Shown here piece by piece: positions 1 to 10,886 of a DNA stretch of 64,000 bases. The stretch comes from an uncultured Clostridia bacterium (GTDB taxonomy: Bacteria; Bacillota; Clostridia; TANB77; CAG-508): contig CAUWGC010000003.1 in the NCBI GenBank assembly GCA_963558405.1, positions 1 to 64,000 of the forward strand, read 5' to 3'. The notes under the pieces are model-generated. The model had not been told where the DNA came from, searched no databases, and saw only the letters and a program-made list of their open reading frames with translations. The translations under genes and the position numbers were made by a program. Position 1 is the first letter of the stretch. Each line of letters begins with the position of its first letter.

Positions 1-55
1 AACTGCGGACAACTTGATTAAAAGTCAAGTGCTCTACCACCTGAGCTAATGGCCC
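1..55 (-). tRNA. tRNA-Lys(UUU), 3' part cut by window edge
   Basis: Reverse complement GGGCCATTAGCTCAGGTGGTAGAGCACTTGACTTTTAATCAAG: D-arm plus anticodon stem CTTGA/TCAAG with TTT anticodon. Confidence 0.92.
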
Positions 56-276
56 GTGAATGTTACCATAACCGTAACTGCTTAATTATTTTACTATATT
101 TTTTTTAGATTGTCAACTAGTTTTTGAAAAAAATGTGATAATTTTATGAAAAATCTGAAAAATTATATTTAAAATAAATTTTTCAGATTTCACTATTCTT
201 ATAATTCTAACTATTTTTTGATTTTATTCTAATTTATTTATAGTTTTTAAGTGCCAAAACATAAATTGAAACTTTT

Positions 277-459
277 TTATGCATTTAATTCTTTTATAAG
301 TTCTTCAACATCTATTCCATGAACATCACATGCTTCTTCTAATGTTTCTTCTCTAGAAGCTGGACATCCTAAACAGTGCATACCAGCATTTAATAATATT
401 TCTGCTTTTTCTGGATATTTTTCTAAAAGTTCTCCTATTTTCATTGTTTTTTCTATCAT
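277..459 (-). CDS. DUF1858 / hybrid-cluster-associated redox disulfide domain protein
   Basis: GMHCLGCP..ETLEEACDVHGID motif; GGAGG RBS upstream. Confidence 0.85.
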   Translation of the reverse strand: MIEKTMKIGELLEKYPEKAEILLNAGMHCLGCPASREETLEEACDVHGIDVEELIKELNA

Positions 460-582
460 TATTATAACCTCCCTGTTAAAATCAAAATTTATTTAAACAC
501 TATCCATATTTTAGCATATTTTTTATAAAAAGTATAGACAAAATTTTTATTTTGTAGTAATATGGTAAATAATGGAAGTGAG

Positions 583-729
583 GTGAATTTTATTTCTTCC
601 TTAATAATTTTATTTTTTATAGTACTTATTTTTAATATTTTTATCATTCTTTATTCAATTTATACTTTATTTTCTATTTTTATTTTTCAAACAAAACAAG
701 GTTCCAAATTAAAATTCAAAAAATTCTAA
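583..729 (+). CDS. Putative 48-aa hydrophobic membrane peptide ahead of the VirD4-like gene
   Basis: GTG...TAA open frame (VNFISSLIILFFIVLIFNIFIILYSIYTLFSIFIFQTKQGSKLKFKKF) ending 14 nt before the next gene; start uncertain; T-rich DNA can give such ORFs by chance. Confidence 0.3.
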   Translation: MNFISSLIILFFIVLIFNIFIILYSIYTLFSIFIFQTKQGSKLKFKKF

Positions 730-743
730 ATTAGGAGGTCTTT

Positions 744-2444
744 TTGCAAAAACATATTTTATTCTTATTTATTTTTTCCCTATTTCTTTGTATTATTGGC
801 TATTTTATATTTTATCCTATATTTTATTCTAATAATATTATTATTCCTTTTGCTATACATCCATTTAATATTGTTTCAGAATATCCTGATACTTGGAAGT
901 TTTTAAAATTTCTTTTTATATTCTCTTACATCATTTCATCTATAATAATTTCTAATTTAATTTGTCTAATTTTTATAAAACAACCTAATAAAATAACAAA
1001 AAGTGCTAACATCTGTAATGATTCTGGACTTAAATTATATTTAGGAAAAAATTTAGATAATTTCCCCGTTTATATAACGGAAAACTCTTTATTTCAGAAT
1101 ATTCTTATAACAGGAACAATAGGTACAGGAAAAACAAGCAGTAGTATGTATCCTTTTACAGAACAACTTATTAGTTATCAAGCTTTAGATTCATCTTTAA
1201 AATTAGGAATGCTTATTTTAGATGTAAAGGGAAATTATGCCTCTAAAGTTAAAGAATATTGTAAAAAATATAATAGACAATCAGACTTATGTATTATTTG
1301 TTTAGGAAAAAAAATTAAATATAATCCTTTGGATAAACCCAAGCTTAAGCCATCTGTTCTTGCTAATCGTCTACGTACAATTCTAACCCTTTTTTCTCCT
1401 AATAGTACAGAGGATTATTGGTTAGATAAAGTAGAAGAAATATTAACAGAAGCAATTAAATTTTGTAGATTATATAATGACAATTACGTTACTTTTGAAG
1501 AATTACACAAATTGATTACTTCTAAACAATTTTACAATGAAAAAGTTTCTATATTAAAAAATATGTTTTTATCTAATATACTTTCCCCATCTCAAGAATT
1601 TGATTTATTATCTTCTATTCAATTTTTTGAAAAAGAATTTTTTTCATTAGATACTAGAACACTTTCTATTTTAAAATCAGAAGTTACCCGTATTACTAGT
1701 GTTTTTGTTTCAGATTATGATATTTCATCTACTTTTTGCCCTAAAAAAGAAGATATTTCATTTAACGGATTTAAAGATATTTTAGAAAATGGAAAAATTG
1801 TTACTTTACAAATGAATATAGCAGAATATAGAAACTTGTCTAAAATTATAGCTACTTATTTAAAATTAGATTTTCAAACTGAAGTACTACTTCGATTAAA
1901 GAAAGTTGCAGTACCTTCTCGTTATTGTGCTTTTATTTGTGACGAATATCATGAATATGTTACAAATACAGATGGATTATTTTTTTCTCAAAGTAGAGAA
2001 GCTAAGTGTATAAATATTGTAGCTACTCAAAGTTATACTTCTCTTCTTAATACTTTACATGATAAATCCTCTGTTGAAGTAATTTTGCAAAGTTTTACAA
2101 ATAAATTATGGTTTCGTAATGATGATTTATATACAATTGAATCTTGTCAAAAGCAAATTGGTAAAGAAGAAAAAATAATGATTTCTAAAAATATTTCTGA
2201 AAATGCTCAAGAAACAAGTTTAAATTACTTAACTTTATCTTTAGACTCTAAAAAGTCTAATATTTCGGAAGGTATTACTAAATATACACAACTTGACTTT
2301 TGTTATGATTTTAAATTTTTAACACAAGAATTAGAAACTTTTTCTTGTCTTGCATTTTTATCTGATGGAAATAAAATTATTCCACCTCAAAAAATAAAAT
2401 TAATTCCATATTTTAAAAAGGAGGATAAGTATGAAAATTTTTAA
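744..2444 (+). CDS. VirD4/TraG/TraD-like type IV coupling ATPase
   Basis: Two N-terminal TM segments, Walker A GTIGTGKT, LDVKG motif, Walker B ICDEYH, SQSRE...VATQS motif typical of coupling proteins; AGGAGG RBS. Confidence 0.8.
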   Translation: MQKHILFLFIFSLFLCIIGYFIFYPIFYSNNIIIPFAIHPFNIVSEYPDTWKFLKFLFIFSYIISSIIISNLICLIFIKQPNKITKSANICNDSGLKLYLGKNLDNFPVYITENSLFQNILITGTIGTGKTSSSMYPFTEQLISYQALDSSLKLGMLILDVKGNYASKVKEYCKKYNRQSDLCIICLGKKIKYNPLDKPKLKPSVLANRLRTILTLFSPNSTEDYWLDKVEEILTEAIKFCRLYNDNYVTFEELHKLITSKQFYNEKVSILKNMFLSNILSPSQEFDLLSSIQFFEKEFFSLDTRTLSILKSEVTRITSVFVSDYDISSTFCPKKEDISFNGFKDILENGKIVTLQMNIAEYRNLSKIIATYLKLDFQTEVLLRLKKVAVPSRYCAFICDEYHEYVTNTDGLFFSQSREAKCINIVATQSYTSLLNTLHDKSSVEVILQSFTNKLWFRNDDLYTIESCQKQIGKEEKIMISKNISENAQETSLNYLTLSLDSKKSNISEGITKYTQLDFCYDFKFLTQELETFSCLAFLSDGNKIIPPQKIKLIPYFKKEDKYENF

Positions 2445-2766
2445 ATCTAAGAAAACATTACTATTTATTTGTATATTATTTTTTATACTTTTAAATTTAT
2501 TTTGTAATTACAGTTATGCTGTAACTCCTAAAATTGTTAAAACTGCTGAAAAAGCTTTTGAAAGTATAGAAAAGTGGTTACTTACAATTTCTACTCCTGC
2601 TGCAGCCGTAGCTGTTGTTACTGGTCTTTTTATTCAAAAATTTAGTTTTGGAGATGAAGAACGTATTAGAACAGGCAAAAAATTAGTTAAAAGCTCTTTA
2701 TTTTGTTACGCTTTTGTTCTTGCAACTGATCTTATTTTAGCAGCTATTAAAGCTTTAGTAAAATAG
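2431..2766 (+). CDS. VirB2/TrbC-like T4SS pilin
   Basis: 111 aa, signal-peptide-like N-terminus (SYA-VTP), two hydrophobic helices separated by a charged loop (GDEERIRTGKK); lies between VirD4-like and VirB6-like genes. Confidence 0.6.
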   Translation: MKIFKSKKTLLFICILFFILLNLFCNYSYAVTPKIVKTAEKAFESIEKWLLTISTPAAAVAVVTGLFIQKFSFGDEERIRTGKKLVKSSLFCYAFVLATDLILAAIKALVK

Positions 2767-2769
2767 GAT

Positions 2770-3660
2770 GTGATGTTTTTGAATTCAAATATAAATATTA
2801 CAGAAATTATTTTAAAAACAATTAATAGTCTTTTAGAAAGTTTATTTTCTTCTATAGATAATAACGTTTATAACATATTAGATGATATTATTTTTCTTGA
2901 TTCTGATTTCCTTAAAGATAAAACTTTTGAATCTATTTTTGGAACATCTGTAAGTAATGGTATTTTATACATTGTAAATGCATTCTTATTTGGATTTGTC
3001 CTATACTATCTATTTCGTCTTTTGTTATCACACTTTACTTATTTGCCTATTGAAAATCCACATCAATTTATTTTTAAGCTCTTAATGGTCAGTATTTGTA
3101 TAAATTCATCATTTTTTATATGTGAACAATTATTAACTTTTACTTCATTATTTTCTTCATCAATAAGGGAATTAGGAGAATTACTATTTCATAAAAATAT
3201 ATGTTTTTCGCAATTAGTTAAAGAATTAAACTCTACAATTTATATTGAAAATTCAAGTTTTAATATATTTTCTTTTGATGGGATTATAAAAAGCTTTATA
3301 TCCATTAGTTTATTAAATTTAGTTTTTTCTTATTCTTTTCGTTATATTTTATTAAAAATTTTACTATTATTTTCTCCTTTTGCTATTGCAACACTACTAA
3401 ACAATTCTACTTCTTGGTTCTTTAAGACTTGGTTTCGTTCTATCCTCTCATTACTTTGTATACAAATTTTAGTTGCTATGGCTCTTCTTATAGTTCTTTC
3501 AACTTCTTATGAAAATAATAATATTATATCTAAATTTATATATATTGGATCTTTATATGTTTTAATTCGTGCAAATTCAATAATAAAAGAATTATTAGGT
3601 GGTTTATCCACAACTATTTCCCAATCTGTGAATAACTTTGGTGCTTTTTTAAAAAAATAA
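2770..3660 (+). CDS. VirB6/TrbL-like polytopic membrane protein
   Basis: About 6 TM helices, RYILLKILLLFSPFAI..T..WF..W motif typical of Gram-positive VirB6-like proteins; operon context. Confidence 0.6.
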   Translation: MMFLNSNINITEIILKTINSLLESLFSSIDNNVYNILDDIIFLDSDFLKDKTFESIFGTSVSNGILYIVNAFLFGFVLYYLFRLLLSHFTYLPIENPHQFIFKLLMVSICINSSFFICEQLLTFTSLFSSSIRELGELLFHKNICFSQLVKELNSTIYIENSSFNIFSFDGIIKSFISISLLNLVFSYSFRYILLKILLLFSPFAIATLLNNSTSWFFKTWFRSILSLLCIQILVAMALLIVLSTSYENNNIISKFIYIGSLYVLIRANSIIKELLGGLSTTISQSVNNFGAFLKK

Positions 3661-3678
3661 TATTTATAAGGAGATTTT

Positions 3679-3957
3679 ATGAAATTTATTTTTCCTAAAA
3701 ATTATACAACTCGTTTTAAATTATTTGGTTTTATGGATTACACCACTGCTATCTTAAATGTTATCTGGATTATTTTTTTATTTTGTATTTTAGATTTTTT
3801 ACCCTTTTCTTTTAAAATTAACCTATTTTTAATTATTCTTTTTTCTTTTCCTATTATTTTACTTAGTATATTTGGTTTTGCAGATGAAAATATTGTTTGC
3901 GTCATATCTTACATTATTTCTTTTTATAGAAAAAGAAATATCTATTTATATAAATAA
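3679..3957 (+). CDS. VirB3/PrgI-like small membrane protein
   Basis: 92 aa, FIFPKNY..K.FG N-terminus, two TM helices, basic C-terminus; last gene of T4SS-like operon. Confidence 0.5.
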   Translation: MKFIFPKNYTTRFKLFGFMDYTTAILNVIWIIFLFCILDFLPFSFKINLFLIILFSFPIILLSIFGFADENIVCVISYIISFYRKRNIYLYK

Positions 3958-4042
3958 TATTATAAATATTTGAAATTCTACAAAAAGTTGCATATTTTTA
4001 CTTATTATTTACATATTATGATATTTTTCTCCTTTTTCTTGA

Positions 4043-4071
4043 TTGTAAATACAATAATAAAATGATATAAT
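4043..4071 (+). promoter_or_regulatory. SigmaA-type promoter of the dnaD/dnaC-like operon
   Basis: TTGTAA-17 bp-TATAAT with extended -10 TG. Confidence 0.55.
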
Positions 4072-4109
4072 CGTTACAATATTTAAATGAGATAAGGAGA
4101 ATAAATAAG

Positions 4110-5084
4110 ATGAAATTAGAAAAAAATGATCCTACTTTACTATTTTCAAATACAGAACTACCAGACGTATTCTTTACTGAATATTTATCAGCTGCAAGTG
4201 GTGATGCAGTTAAAGTATATCTTTATTTACTTTTCCTTTCAAAATATAACAAAGAAATTAAATTAAACGATATTTCAAAATCATTATGCATTCCATTAAA
4301 AACCGTTCAAGATTCTATTAAATATTGGGAAGATTTAGGTGTATTTACCAAAAAAAACATGGGATATATAGTTAATAATATACAAGAATTAGAACTTCAT
4401 AAACTATATTCACCTAGAATTACTGCTTCTCCAGAAGAAATTGAAAAAACTACTAAAAATAAATATCGTGCTAAAGCAATAGAAAATATTAATAATCAAT
4501 TTTTCCAAGGTGTAATGTCCCCTTCTTGGTATAGTGATATAGATTTATGGTTTAAAAAATATGGTTTTGATGAACAAGTAATGATTGCCTTATTTCAATA
4601 TTGTTTTAATCGTTCTGCACTACATAGAAACTATATTCAAACAGTTGCAGATGCTTGGGCAAAAAACAATATTAAAAATTTTAATGACTTAGATTTGTAT
4701 TACGAAAAACAAGAAAAATTAAATATTATTAAAAAATCAATATCAAAAAAATTAGGATATACTAGAGCTTTAACTCAATATGAAGAAGCTTACATAGAAA
4801 AGTGGACTGTTGATTATGGTTATAATTTAGAAATTATTGAAATTGCTCTAAAAAGAACTACTTCTAAAGCAAACCCTAATTTTGATTATTTAGATAAACT
4901 TATATCAGATTGGCATGATAGAGGATACACAACCCCTACAGAAATTCAAAATTTCATTTCTGAAATGAAACAAAAAAATAAAAATATTAAAGAGTTAGAA
5001 AAGAAAACAGGATATCAAAATTATGAACAAAGAAAATATGATAACTTAGAAAATCTTTATGCTAATCTTTCTAACCAATCTTAA
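4110..5084 (+). CDS. DnaD/DnaB-domain replication initiation protein
   Basis: N-terminal winged-helix-like region and two DnaD-type repeats (YIQTVADAW, YLDKLISDWHDRG). Confidence 0.8.
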   Translation: MKLEKNDPTLLFSNTELPDVFFTEYLSAASGDAVKVYLYLLFLSKYNKEIKLNDISKSLCIPLKTVQDSIKYWEDLGVFTKKNMGYIVNNIQELELHKLYSPRITASPEEIEKTTKNKYRAKAIENINNQFFQGVMSPSWYSDIDLWFKKYGFDEQVMIALFQYCFNRSALHRNYIQTVADAWAKNNIKNFNDLDLYYEKQEKLNIIKKSISKKLGYTRALTQYEEAYIEKWTVDYGYNLEIIEIALKRTTSKANPNFDYLDKLISDWHDRGYTTPTEIQNFISEMKQKNKNIKELEKKTGYQNYEQRKYDNLENLYANLSNQS

Positions 5085-5095
5085 AAGGAGAAATA

Positions 5096-6100
5096 ATGGA
5101 AAAAACAGAATTAAAATCGATTTTAAAAGAATATGAAGAAAAACGATTTAAAAAAGAGTTAGATTTACAAAGAAAAAAACAAAATATATACACTAAATGT
5201 CCTAGACTTCAAGAAATAGAATCTACTTTAAATACTCTTGCTATTTCTACAATAAAATCAATAGCTACATCTGACAAAAATACCCATGCAGAAAAAGTCC
5301 AGACTCTATCACAAAAAATAGAACTTTTAAAACAGGAAAAAAAAGAACTTCTAACTTCCTTAAATTTATCTGAAGAAGATTTTAAGATTCATTTCGACTG
5401 TCCTATTTGTAAAGATACAGGTTATACGGTAGAAAGTAACGGAACAGTTATGTGTTCATGTTTAGTGCAAAAATTATTAAATACACAATATAATAAGTCT
5501 AATATTACTAATATACAAAAAGAAAATTTTGATAATTTTAATTTTAACTATTATTCTGATGAATCAAATCCTGATAAATATTCTGCACCTATTTCGCCTA
5601 GAGAAAATATTAAAATTATTAAAGATATTTGTGAAAAATTTATCAAAAACTTTGACAATCCTAATGAAAAAAATTTATTATTTATTGGTAATACAGGTCT
5701 TGGAAAAACATTCCTATCAAACTGTATTGCAAAAGAAATAATCTCTAAAAATAAGACTGTTCTTTATCAAACTGCTCCTGTTATGTTTGACTCAATTTTG
5801 GATGATAAATTTGGTAAAACAAAAAACAATATTATGAATAGTATTTTAGATGCAAACCTTTTAATTATTGATGACCTAGGAACAGAATATAGAAATGACT
5901 TAAAATTTGCTGACCTATATGAAATTATAAATACCAGGTTACTAAACCAAGAAAATAAAATAACTAAAACAATTATATCTACTAACTTAAATTTAACAAC
6001 ACTTTTTAAAACCTATGATGAAAGAATTATTTCTAGATTAGTTGAAAAATATAACATTTGTAGATTCTTTGGAGAAGATATACGTTTTAAGAAAAAATAA
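5096..6100 (+). CDS. DnaC/DnaI/IstB-like AAA+ helicase loader
   Basis: Zn motif CPICKDTGY...CSC, Walker A GNTGLGKT, LLIIDDLGTE, TIISTN, RIISRL. Confidence 0.85.
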   Translation: MEKTELKSILKEYEEKRFKKELDLQRKKQNIYTKCPRLQEIESTLNTLAISTIKSIATSDKNTHAEKVQTLSQKIELLKQEKKELLTSLNLSEEDFKIHFDCPICKDTGYTVESNGTVMCSCLVQKLLNTQYNKSNITNIQKENFDNFNFNYYSDESNPDKYSAPISPRENIKIIKDICEKFIKNFDNPNEKNLLFIGNTGLGKTFLSNCIAKEIISKNKTVLYQTAPVMFDSILDDKFGKTKNNIMNSILDANLLIIDDLGTEYRNDLKFADLYEIINTRLLNQENKITKTIISTNLNLTTLFKTYDERIISRLVEKYNICRFFGEDIRFKKK

Positions 6101-6105
6101 TCTTT

Positions 6106-6142
6106 AAAAAAGAAAAGTGGTCATAAACCACTTTTCTTTTTT
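6106..6142. terminator. Bidirectional intrinsic terminator
   Basis: AAAAAGAAAAGTGG-loop-CCACTTTTCTTTTT between convergent genes. Confidence 0.8.
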
Positions 6143-8579
6143 ACTCTTCTATATTTTCTGGTCCAATTATTTCTATACTTACTACTTTTCCTCCATCATT
6201 TGTTCTCATTAATGTAACACCTTGTGTTACTCTTCCTAATACACTAATATCTTTTACATTTAATCTAATTATAGTTCCTGTATCTGTAATAAGCATTACA
6301 TCATCATCTTCATTTGCAATTCTAATACCTACTATATTACCTGTTTTTGGTGTTACTTTATATGTTGTAACTCCTTTTCCACCTCTTATTTGTACTCTAT
6401 ATTCTTCTAAATCTGTTCTCTTTCCAAATCCGTTTTCAGTTATAGCAAGTAATGTTGCATTACTTCCAGAAATAATAGATTCCATTCCTATAACAGCATC
6501 ATCTTTATCTAGTCTTATTCCTATAACTCCTTGTGCTACTCTTCCTATTGGTCTAACATCTTTTTCGCTAAATGTAATACTCATTCCTTTTTGAGTAACT
6601 AATACCACATTGTCTTGTCCATCTGTTAGTCTTACTCCTATAAGTTCATCATCTTCTTTTAAAGTAATTGCTTGTAAACCTGATTTTCTACTAGTATCAT
6701 ATTCTTGTAATGATGTTTTCTTAATAAGACCATTTTTAGTTGACATTAATAAATATTTTCCATCAGCAAAAGCTCCTATTGGAATAACTGCAGATACTTT
6801 TTCTCCATTATCTAGACTTAATAAATTTACAATAGCTGTTCCTTTAGCAGTTCTTCCTGCTTCTGGTATTTCATATCCTTTTAGTCTATATAGTTTTCCC
6901 TTATTAGTAAAGAATAGTATTGTATCATGTGTAGAAGCTGTAAATATTTGTTTTACAAAATCATCTTCTCTTGTAGAAATACCTGTAATTCCTTTTCCGC
7001 CTCTTCTTTGGCTCTTATATGTATCTATAGGCATTCTTTTTATATATCCAAAGTGAGTTAATGCAACTACACATTGTTCTTCTTTTATAAGGTCTTCTTC
7101 ATCAAATTCACCATCTGCTGCCATTATTTTTGTTTTTCTTTCATCACCATATTTATTTTTTATTTCTGTTAATTCTTCTTTAATTATTTCAAATACTAAT
7201 CTTTCACTAGATAATATTTCTTTTAAATGAGCTATTAATTTCATTAATTCGTTATATTCTTCTTCTATTTTTTCTCTTTGCAAACCAGATAATGTTTTTA
7301 ATCTCATGTCCAAAATTGCTTGTGCTTGAATATCACTAAGTCCAAAACGTTCCATTAATCTTTCTTTAGGATCATCATATGAAGAACGAATAATTGCAAT
7401 AACTTCATCAATATTGTCTAAAGCTATTTTTAAACCTTCTAAAATATGTGCTCTAGCTTCTGCTTTATCTAATTCAAACTTTGTTCTTCTTAATATTACA
7501 TCTTTTCTATGATCTATATAATAATCTAAACATTGACGTAAAGTTAAAATTTTAGGTTCTCCATTTACTAAAGCAAGTAATATAGCTCCAAAAGTTGTTT
7601 GCATTTGAGTATATTTATAAAGTCTATTTAATACAACTTGTGCATTTGCATCTCTTTTTAATTCAATTACAATACGTACTTTGTGCTCTCTATCTGATTC
7701 ATCTCTTAATTCGGAAATACCTTCTATTTTTTTCTCTTTAACATAGTCAGCAATTGTCTCTATTAGTTTTGCTTTATTAACTTGATATGGTAAAGATCTT
7801 ACAATAATTCTTTGTTTGTTTCCAGACATTTCTTCAATTTCTGCTTCTGCTCTTACAGTTATTTTTCCTCTACCAGTTGTATATGCCTCTTTAATTCCTT
7901 CTCTTCCAAGGATTACTCCTTCTGTTGGGAAATCTGGTCCTTTTATAATTCCCATTAATTCTTCATCTGTTACTTGGTCTTCATCTATTATTTTTATTAT
8001 TCCATTAATTACTTCTGTTAAATTATGAGGTGGAATATTAGTTGCCATACCTACGGCAATACCTGAAGAACCATTTACTAATAGTGCTGGTATTTTAGCT
8101 GGTAAAACAGTTGGTTCTTGCAATCTGTCATCAAAGTTTGGCATAAATTGAACTGTATTTTTTTCTATATCTTCTAGCATTGATACTGAAAGCTTAGACA
8201 TTCTAGCTTCTGTATAACGGTAAGCAGCAGCACCATCACCATCAATAGATCCAAAATTTCCATGTCCATCTATTAAAGGATATCTTAATGAGAAATCTTG
8301 AGCCATTCTAACCATTGCATCATAAACAGAACTATCTCCATGTGGATGATATCTACCTAAAACGTCTCCTACTGTAGTAGCTGATTTTCTATATGGTTTA
8401 TCTGGTGTTAATCCATCTTCGTACATTGTATATAGTATTCTTCTGTGTACTGGTTTTAAACCATCCCTAACATCTGGTAAAGCACGAGAAACAATAACAC
8501 TCATTGCATAATCAATATACGAATTTTTCATCTCGTTTTCAATGTCTTTTTCAATAATTTTTCCTTCTTGCATTTCCAT
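6141..8579 (-). CDS. gyrA: DNA gyrase subunit A
   Basis: [28 protein letters not shown], GyrA-box QRRGGKG. Confidence 0.98.
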   Translation of the reverse strand: MEMQEGKIIEKDIENEMKNSYIDYAMSVIVSRALPDVRDGLKPVHRRILYTMYEDGLTPDKPYRKSATTVGDVLGRYHPHGDSSVYDAMVRMAQDFSLRYPLIDGHGNFGSIDGDGAAAYRYTEARMSKLSVSMLEDIEKNTVQFMPNFDDRLQEPTVLPAKIPALLVNGSSGIAVGMATNIPPHNLTEVINGIIKIIDEDQVTDEELMGIIKGPDFPTEGVILGREGIKEAYTTGRGKITVRAEAEIEEMSGNKQRIIVRSLPYQVNKAKLIETIADYVKEKKIEGISELRDESDREHKVRIVIELKRDANAQVVLNRLYKYTQMQTTFGAILLALVNGEPKILTLRQCLDYYIDHRKDVILRRTKFELDKAEARAHILEGLKIALDNIDEVIAIIRSSYDDPKERLMERFGLSDIQAQAILDMRLKTLSGLQREKIEEEYNELMKLIAHLKEILSSERLVFEIIKEELTEIKNKYGDERKTKIMAADGEFDEEDLIKEEQCVVALTHFGYIKRMPIDTYKSQRRGGKGITGISTREDDFVKQIFTASTHDTILFFTNKGKLYRLKGYEIPEAGRTAKGTAIVNLLSLDNGEKVSAVIPIGAFADGKYLLMSTKNGLIKKTSLQEYDTSRKSGLQAITLKEDDELIGVRLTDGQDNVVLVTQKGMSITFSEKDVRPIGRVAQGVIGIRLDKDDAVIGMESIISGSNATLLAITENGFGKRTDLEEYRVQIRGGKGVTTYKVTPKTGNIVGIRIANEDDDVMLITDTGTIIRLNVKDISVLGRVTQGVTLMRTNDGGKVVSIEIIGPENIEE

Positions 8580-8670
8580 ATTTTTTACCTCTTTTTCGTA
8601 ATATTTTCTCTCTATGTATTATACTAAACCGTTTTAAATTATGCAAGGAAAAAACGTTATTTTCTTAAGC

Positions 8671-9393
8671 TTATACTAACATTTTGGCTAGTTCTATTTT
8701 TGTATCTGATAAATCAAAATTGTTGTTATTATTTTCTAATAATTTTTGTATGTTTTGTATTTGATATGCTTCTTTTAATATATTTTCTATTGGCATAACT
8801 TCTTTTAGAATTGTATCCACCTTTTTAGATATTTTTTTCATATTACTAATATCTTTTTCTTTATAATAGTCTTTCCATTTATTTATTTGATTTTTTAGTT
8901 CTTCTACATATACCATTTGTTTATCAAATTCATGATTTATATTATCCTTTATTTTTTCTATAATAGCATTTTTTCCCTCTTTTACAATCTTAGAAGCACT
9001 ATTACTTATTTTATCATTTTGCACTAATTGTTTTATTACTTCATCTATAATTTTTGAAAAAGAATTTATAGTCTTTTCTTCTTTAAAAAAGTCTCTTAAT
9101 TGTATTATTTTATTAATAATATCTATTTCTCCGTTATCACTTTTGTTTATTTCTTTTGTTCTTTTTAATGCTTCTTTACTAATTTCATCTTTTTCTTTAT
9201 TGGCATCCATAGATAATATTTTATCTTTTATATTAGTTACAGGTTTCTCTAATAAATCTGGTACAAAATTAGATATTGCAAAATCTAACCCTGCATCTAC
9301 AATTTTTCCTATTGTTGTGTCTAAAAAAGCTTTTTGTTCATTATCTTTTGTGTTTTCTAAATTTATTTCTTTATTTAATTCTATTTTATCCAT
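8671..9393 (-). CDS. Hypothetical helical protein, last gene of the VirB4-like cluster
   Basis: ORF track 8671..9429; ATG at 9393 has an AAGG RBS, and the longer start lies inside the inverted repeat. Confidence 0.65.
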   Translation of the reverse strand: MDKIELNKEINLENTKDNEQKAFLDTTIGKIVDAGLDFAISNFVPDLLEKPVTNIKDKILSMDANKEKDEISKEALKRTKEINKSDNGEIDIINKIIQLRDFFKEEKTINSFSKIIDEVIKQLVQNDKISNSASKIVKEGKNAIIEKIKDNINHEFDKQMVYVEELKNQINKWKDYYKEKDISNMKKISKKVDTILKEVMPIENILKEAYQIQNIQKLLENNNNNFDLSDTKIELAKMLV

Positions 9394-9407
9394 TTGTTTT
9401 CCTTTCT

Positions 9408-9583
9408 TAGATAAGTATTTAAGGAACAAACTACATAGAACGAAAAAAATATATATAAAATAAATTATTTGTAGATTTGAATATTTTTAAGGAGTTTTTT
9501 TATTATTTTCTATGCAATAGAATGAAATTTTTTAGAGAAAATTATATACTTTCTATGTAGTTTGTTCCTTAAATACTTATCTA
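9408..9583. repeat. 33-bp perfect inverted repeat with 110-bp spacer
   Basis: 9408-9440 TAGATAAGTATTTAAGGAACAAACTACATAGAA is the exact reverse complement of 9551-9583. Confidence 0.95.
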
Positions 9584-9590
9584 TATTTTT

Positions 9591-10886
9591 TTACGCTTCT
9601 TTTATTTTTTTCTTTAGGATTTTTAATATATTTTCTTTATCTTGTGTATCTATTTTTAAAATTTTTTTGCTTATTTTTATATATGGTTCTTTTATTTTAT
9701 TTTTTATTAATTTGTTACTAAGATTGGAATTAATAAATAAATTATATTTTTTGTTATATTTTATTTTTCCTAGTATAAAAAAATCCGAAAAAATATTTCT
9801 CAAAATTCCTTCTTCTATCGAAAAAGTATTTACTTTATTAAATAAAATATAAATTTTATTCTTATCTATTTTCCATTTTTCTAAGTATATGTCTAATAAC
9901 CTTTTTGATTTTTTTATTTCTATAATATTAGTGTCTGTTACAAAAATATTATTATCACTACATTCCATTATCGCTTTATTTATATCAAAAAAACATTCAC
10001 ATGAAGTATCTATTATTATCATTTCATATTCCTTTTGTAAATTTATTAAGATTTCTTGTATTTTTGAATTCATTTTACTTTTATCTTTTTCAAATATAAT
10101 ATCTATCCCGCTAATCAAATCTATTTTTTTATTAATATGAATTGCAAAACTTTTTATCTTTTTTATAAAATCATTAGAACATGAAATTGGAATAATATTA
10201 TTTTTCAATTTTTGTTCTATTTTTTTAGGATATTTTTTTACACCATAAATTGTATGTAAAGAATTATTTAAAAAGTCAAAATCTAAAACTAAAATTTTTG
10301 AATATTCTTTTTTAAAACTGTTTGCTAAATTAACTGTAACAACACTTTTTCCAACTCCAGAAGGTCCTATAACTCCTAATATATGTTTATTTGTTTCTTT
10401 ATTTTTCTGTTTTTTATTTAATAACTTTCTTTTTATATCTTTAATAAAACTTACAGTTTTCTTTGATTCTTTTTTTAGTAATAATTCTTTTAGAGCTTGT
10501 ATTTCTTTTTTTAATTCTATTTGCGAATTTTCTTCTATATCTTCTAGTTCTTTTTTTAAATTATATAAATATGATTTATCTTTTAAATAATAATATGAAA
10601 TAAAATTTTCTTTTGCATATTTTTGCAACTCTTCATATTTTTTTTCTACTAAAATTATTATTTTAATATTTTTACTTTTATTTTTTATTTCTTTAATTAT
10701 TGGAATTATATTTTTAATTTCTATAATTTTATCTTCTAAAATAACAATATCTATTTTTGTATCTTTTTCTAGAAATTCCAAAATTCCTTCTGGATATAAA
10801 ATATTATTTATTATTACATTTTCTTGCAATGAATTTTCTAATTTTTTTCTAAGTTCTTCATCTATTGCTGTTATTATTTTTTTCAT
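9591..10886 (-). CDS. Receiver-like domain + ParA/MinD-type ATPase (CpaE/TadZ-like)
   Basis: N-terminal pseudo-receiver (EGILEFLE..DIVIL), deviant Walker A GPSGVGKS, LDFD, IIIDTS; ATG 10886 after GAAGGAG. Confidence 0.65.
   Translation of the reverse strand: MKKIITAIDEELRKKLENSLQENVIINNILYPEGILEFLEKDTKIDIVILEDKIIEIKNIIPIIKEIKNKSKNIKIIILVEKKYEELQKYAKENFISYYYLKDKSYLYNLKKELEDIEENSQIELKKEIQALKELLLKKESKKTVSFIKDIKRKLLNKKQKNKETNKHILGVIGPSGVGKSVVTVNLANSFKKEYSKILVLDFDFLNNSLHTIYGVKKYPKKIEQKLKNNIIPISCSNDFIKKIKSFAIHINKKIDLISGIDIIFEKDKSKMNSKIQEILINLQKEYEMIIIDTSCECFFDINKAIMECSDNNIFVTDTNIIEIKKSKRLLDIYLEKWKIDKNKIYILFNKVNTFSIEEGILRNIFSDFFILGKIKYNKKYNLFINSNLSNKLIKNKIKEPYIKISKKILKIDTQDKENILKILKKKIKEA

Noticed and set aside
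5096-6100. IS21 IstB helper ATPase
   Set aside because: No IstA transposase or terminal repeats; Zn-finger coiled-coil N-terminus and pairing with a DnaD-domain gene fit the clostridial helicase loader
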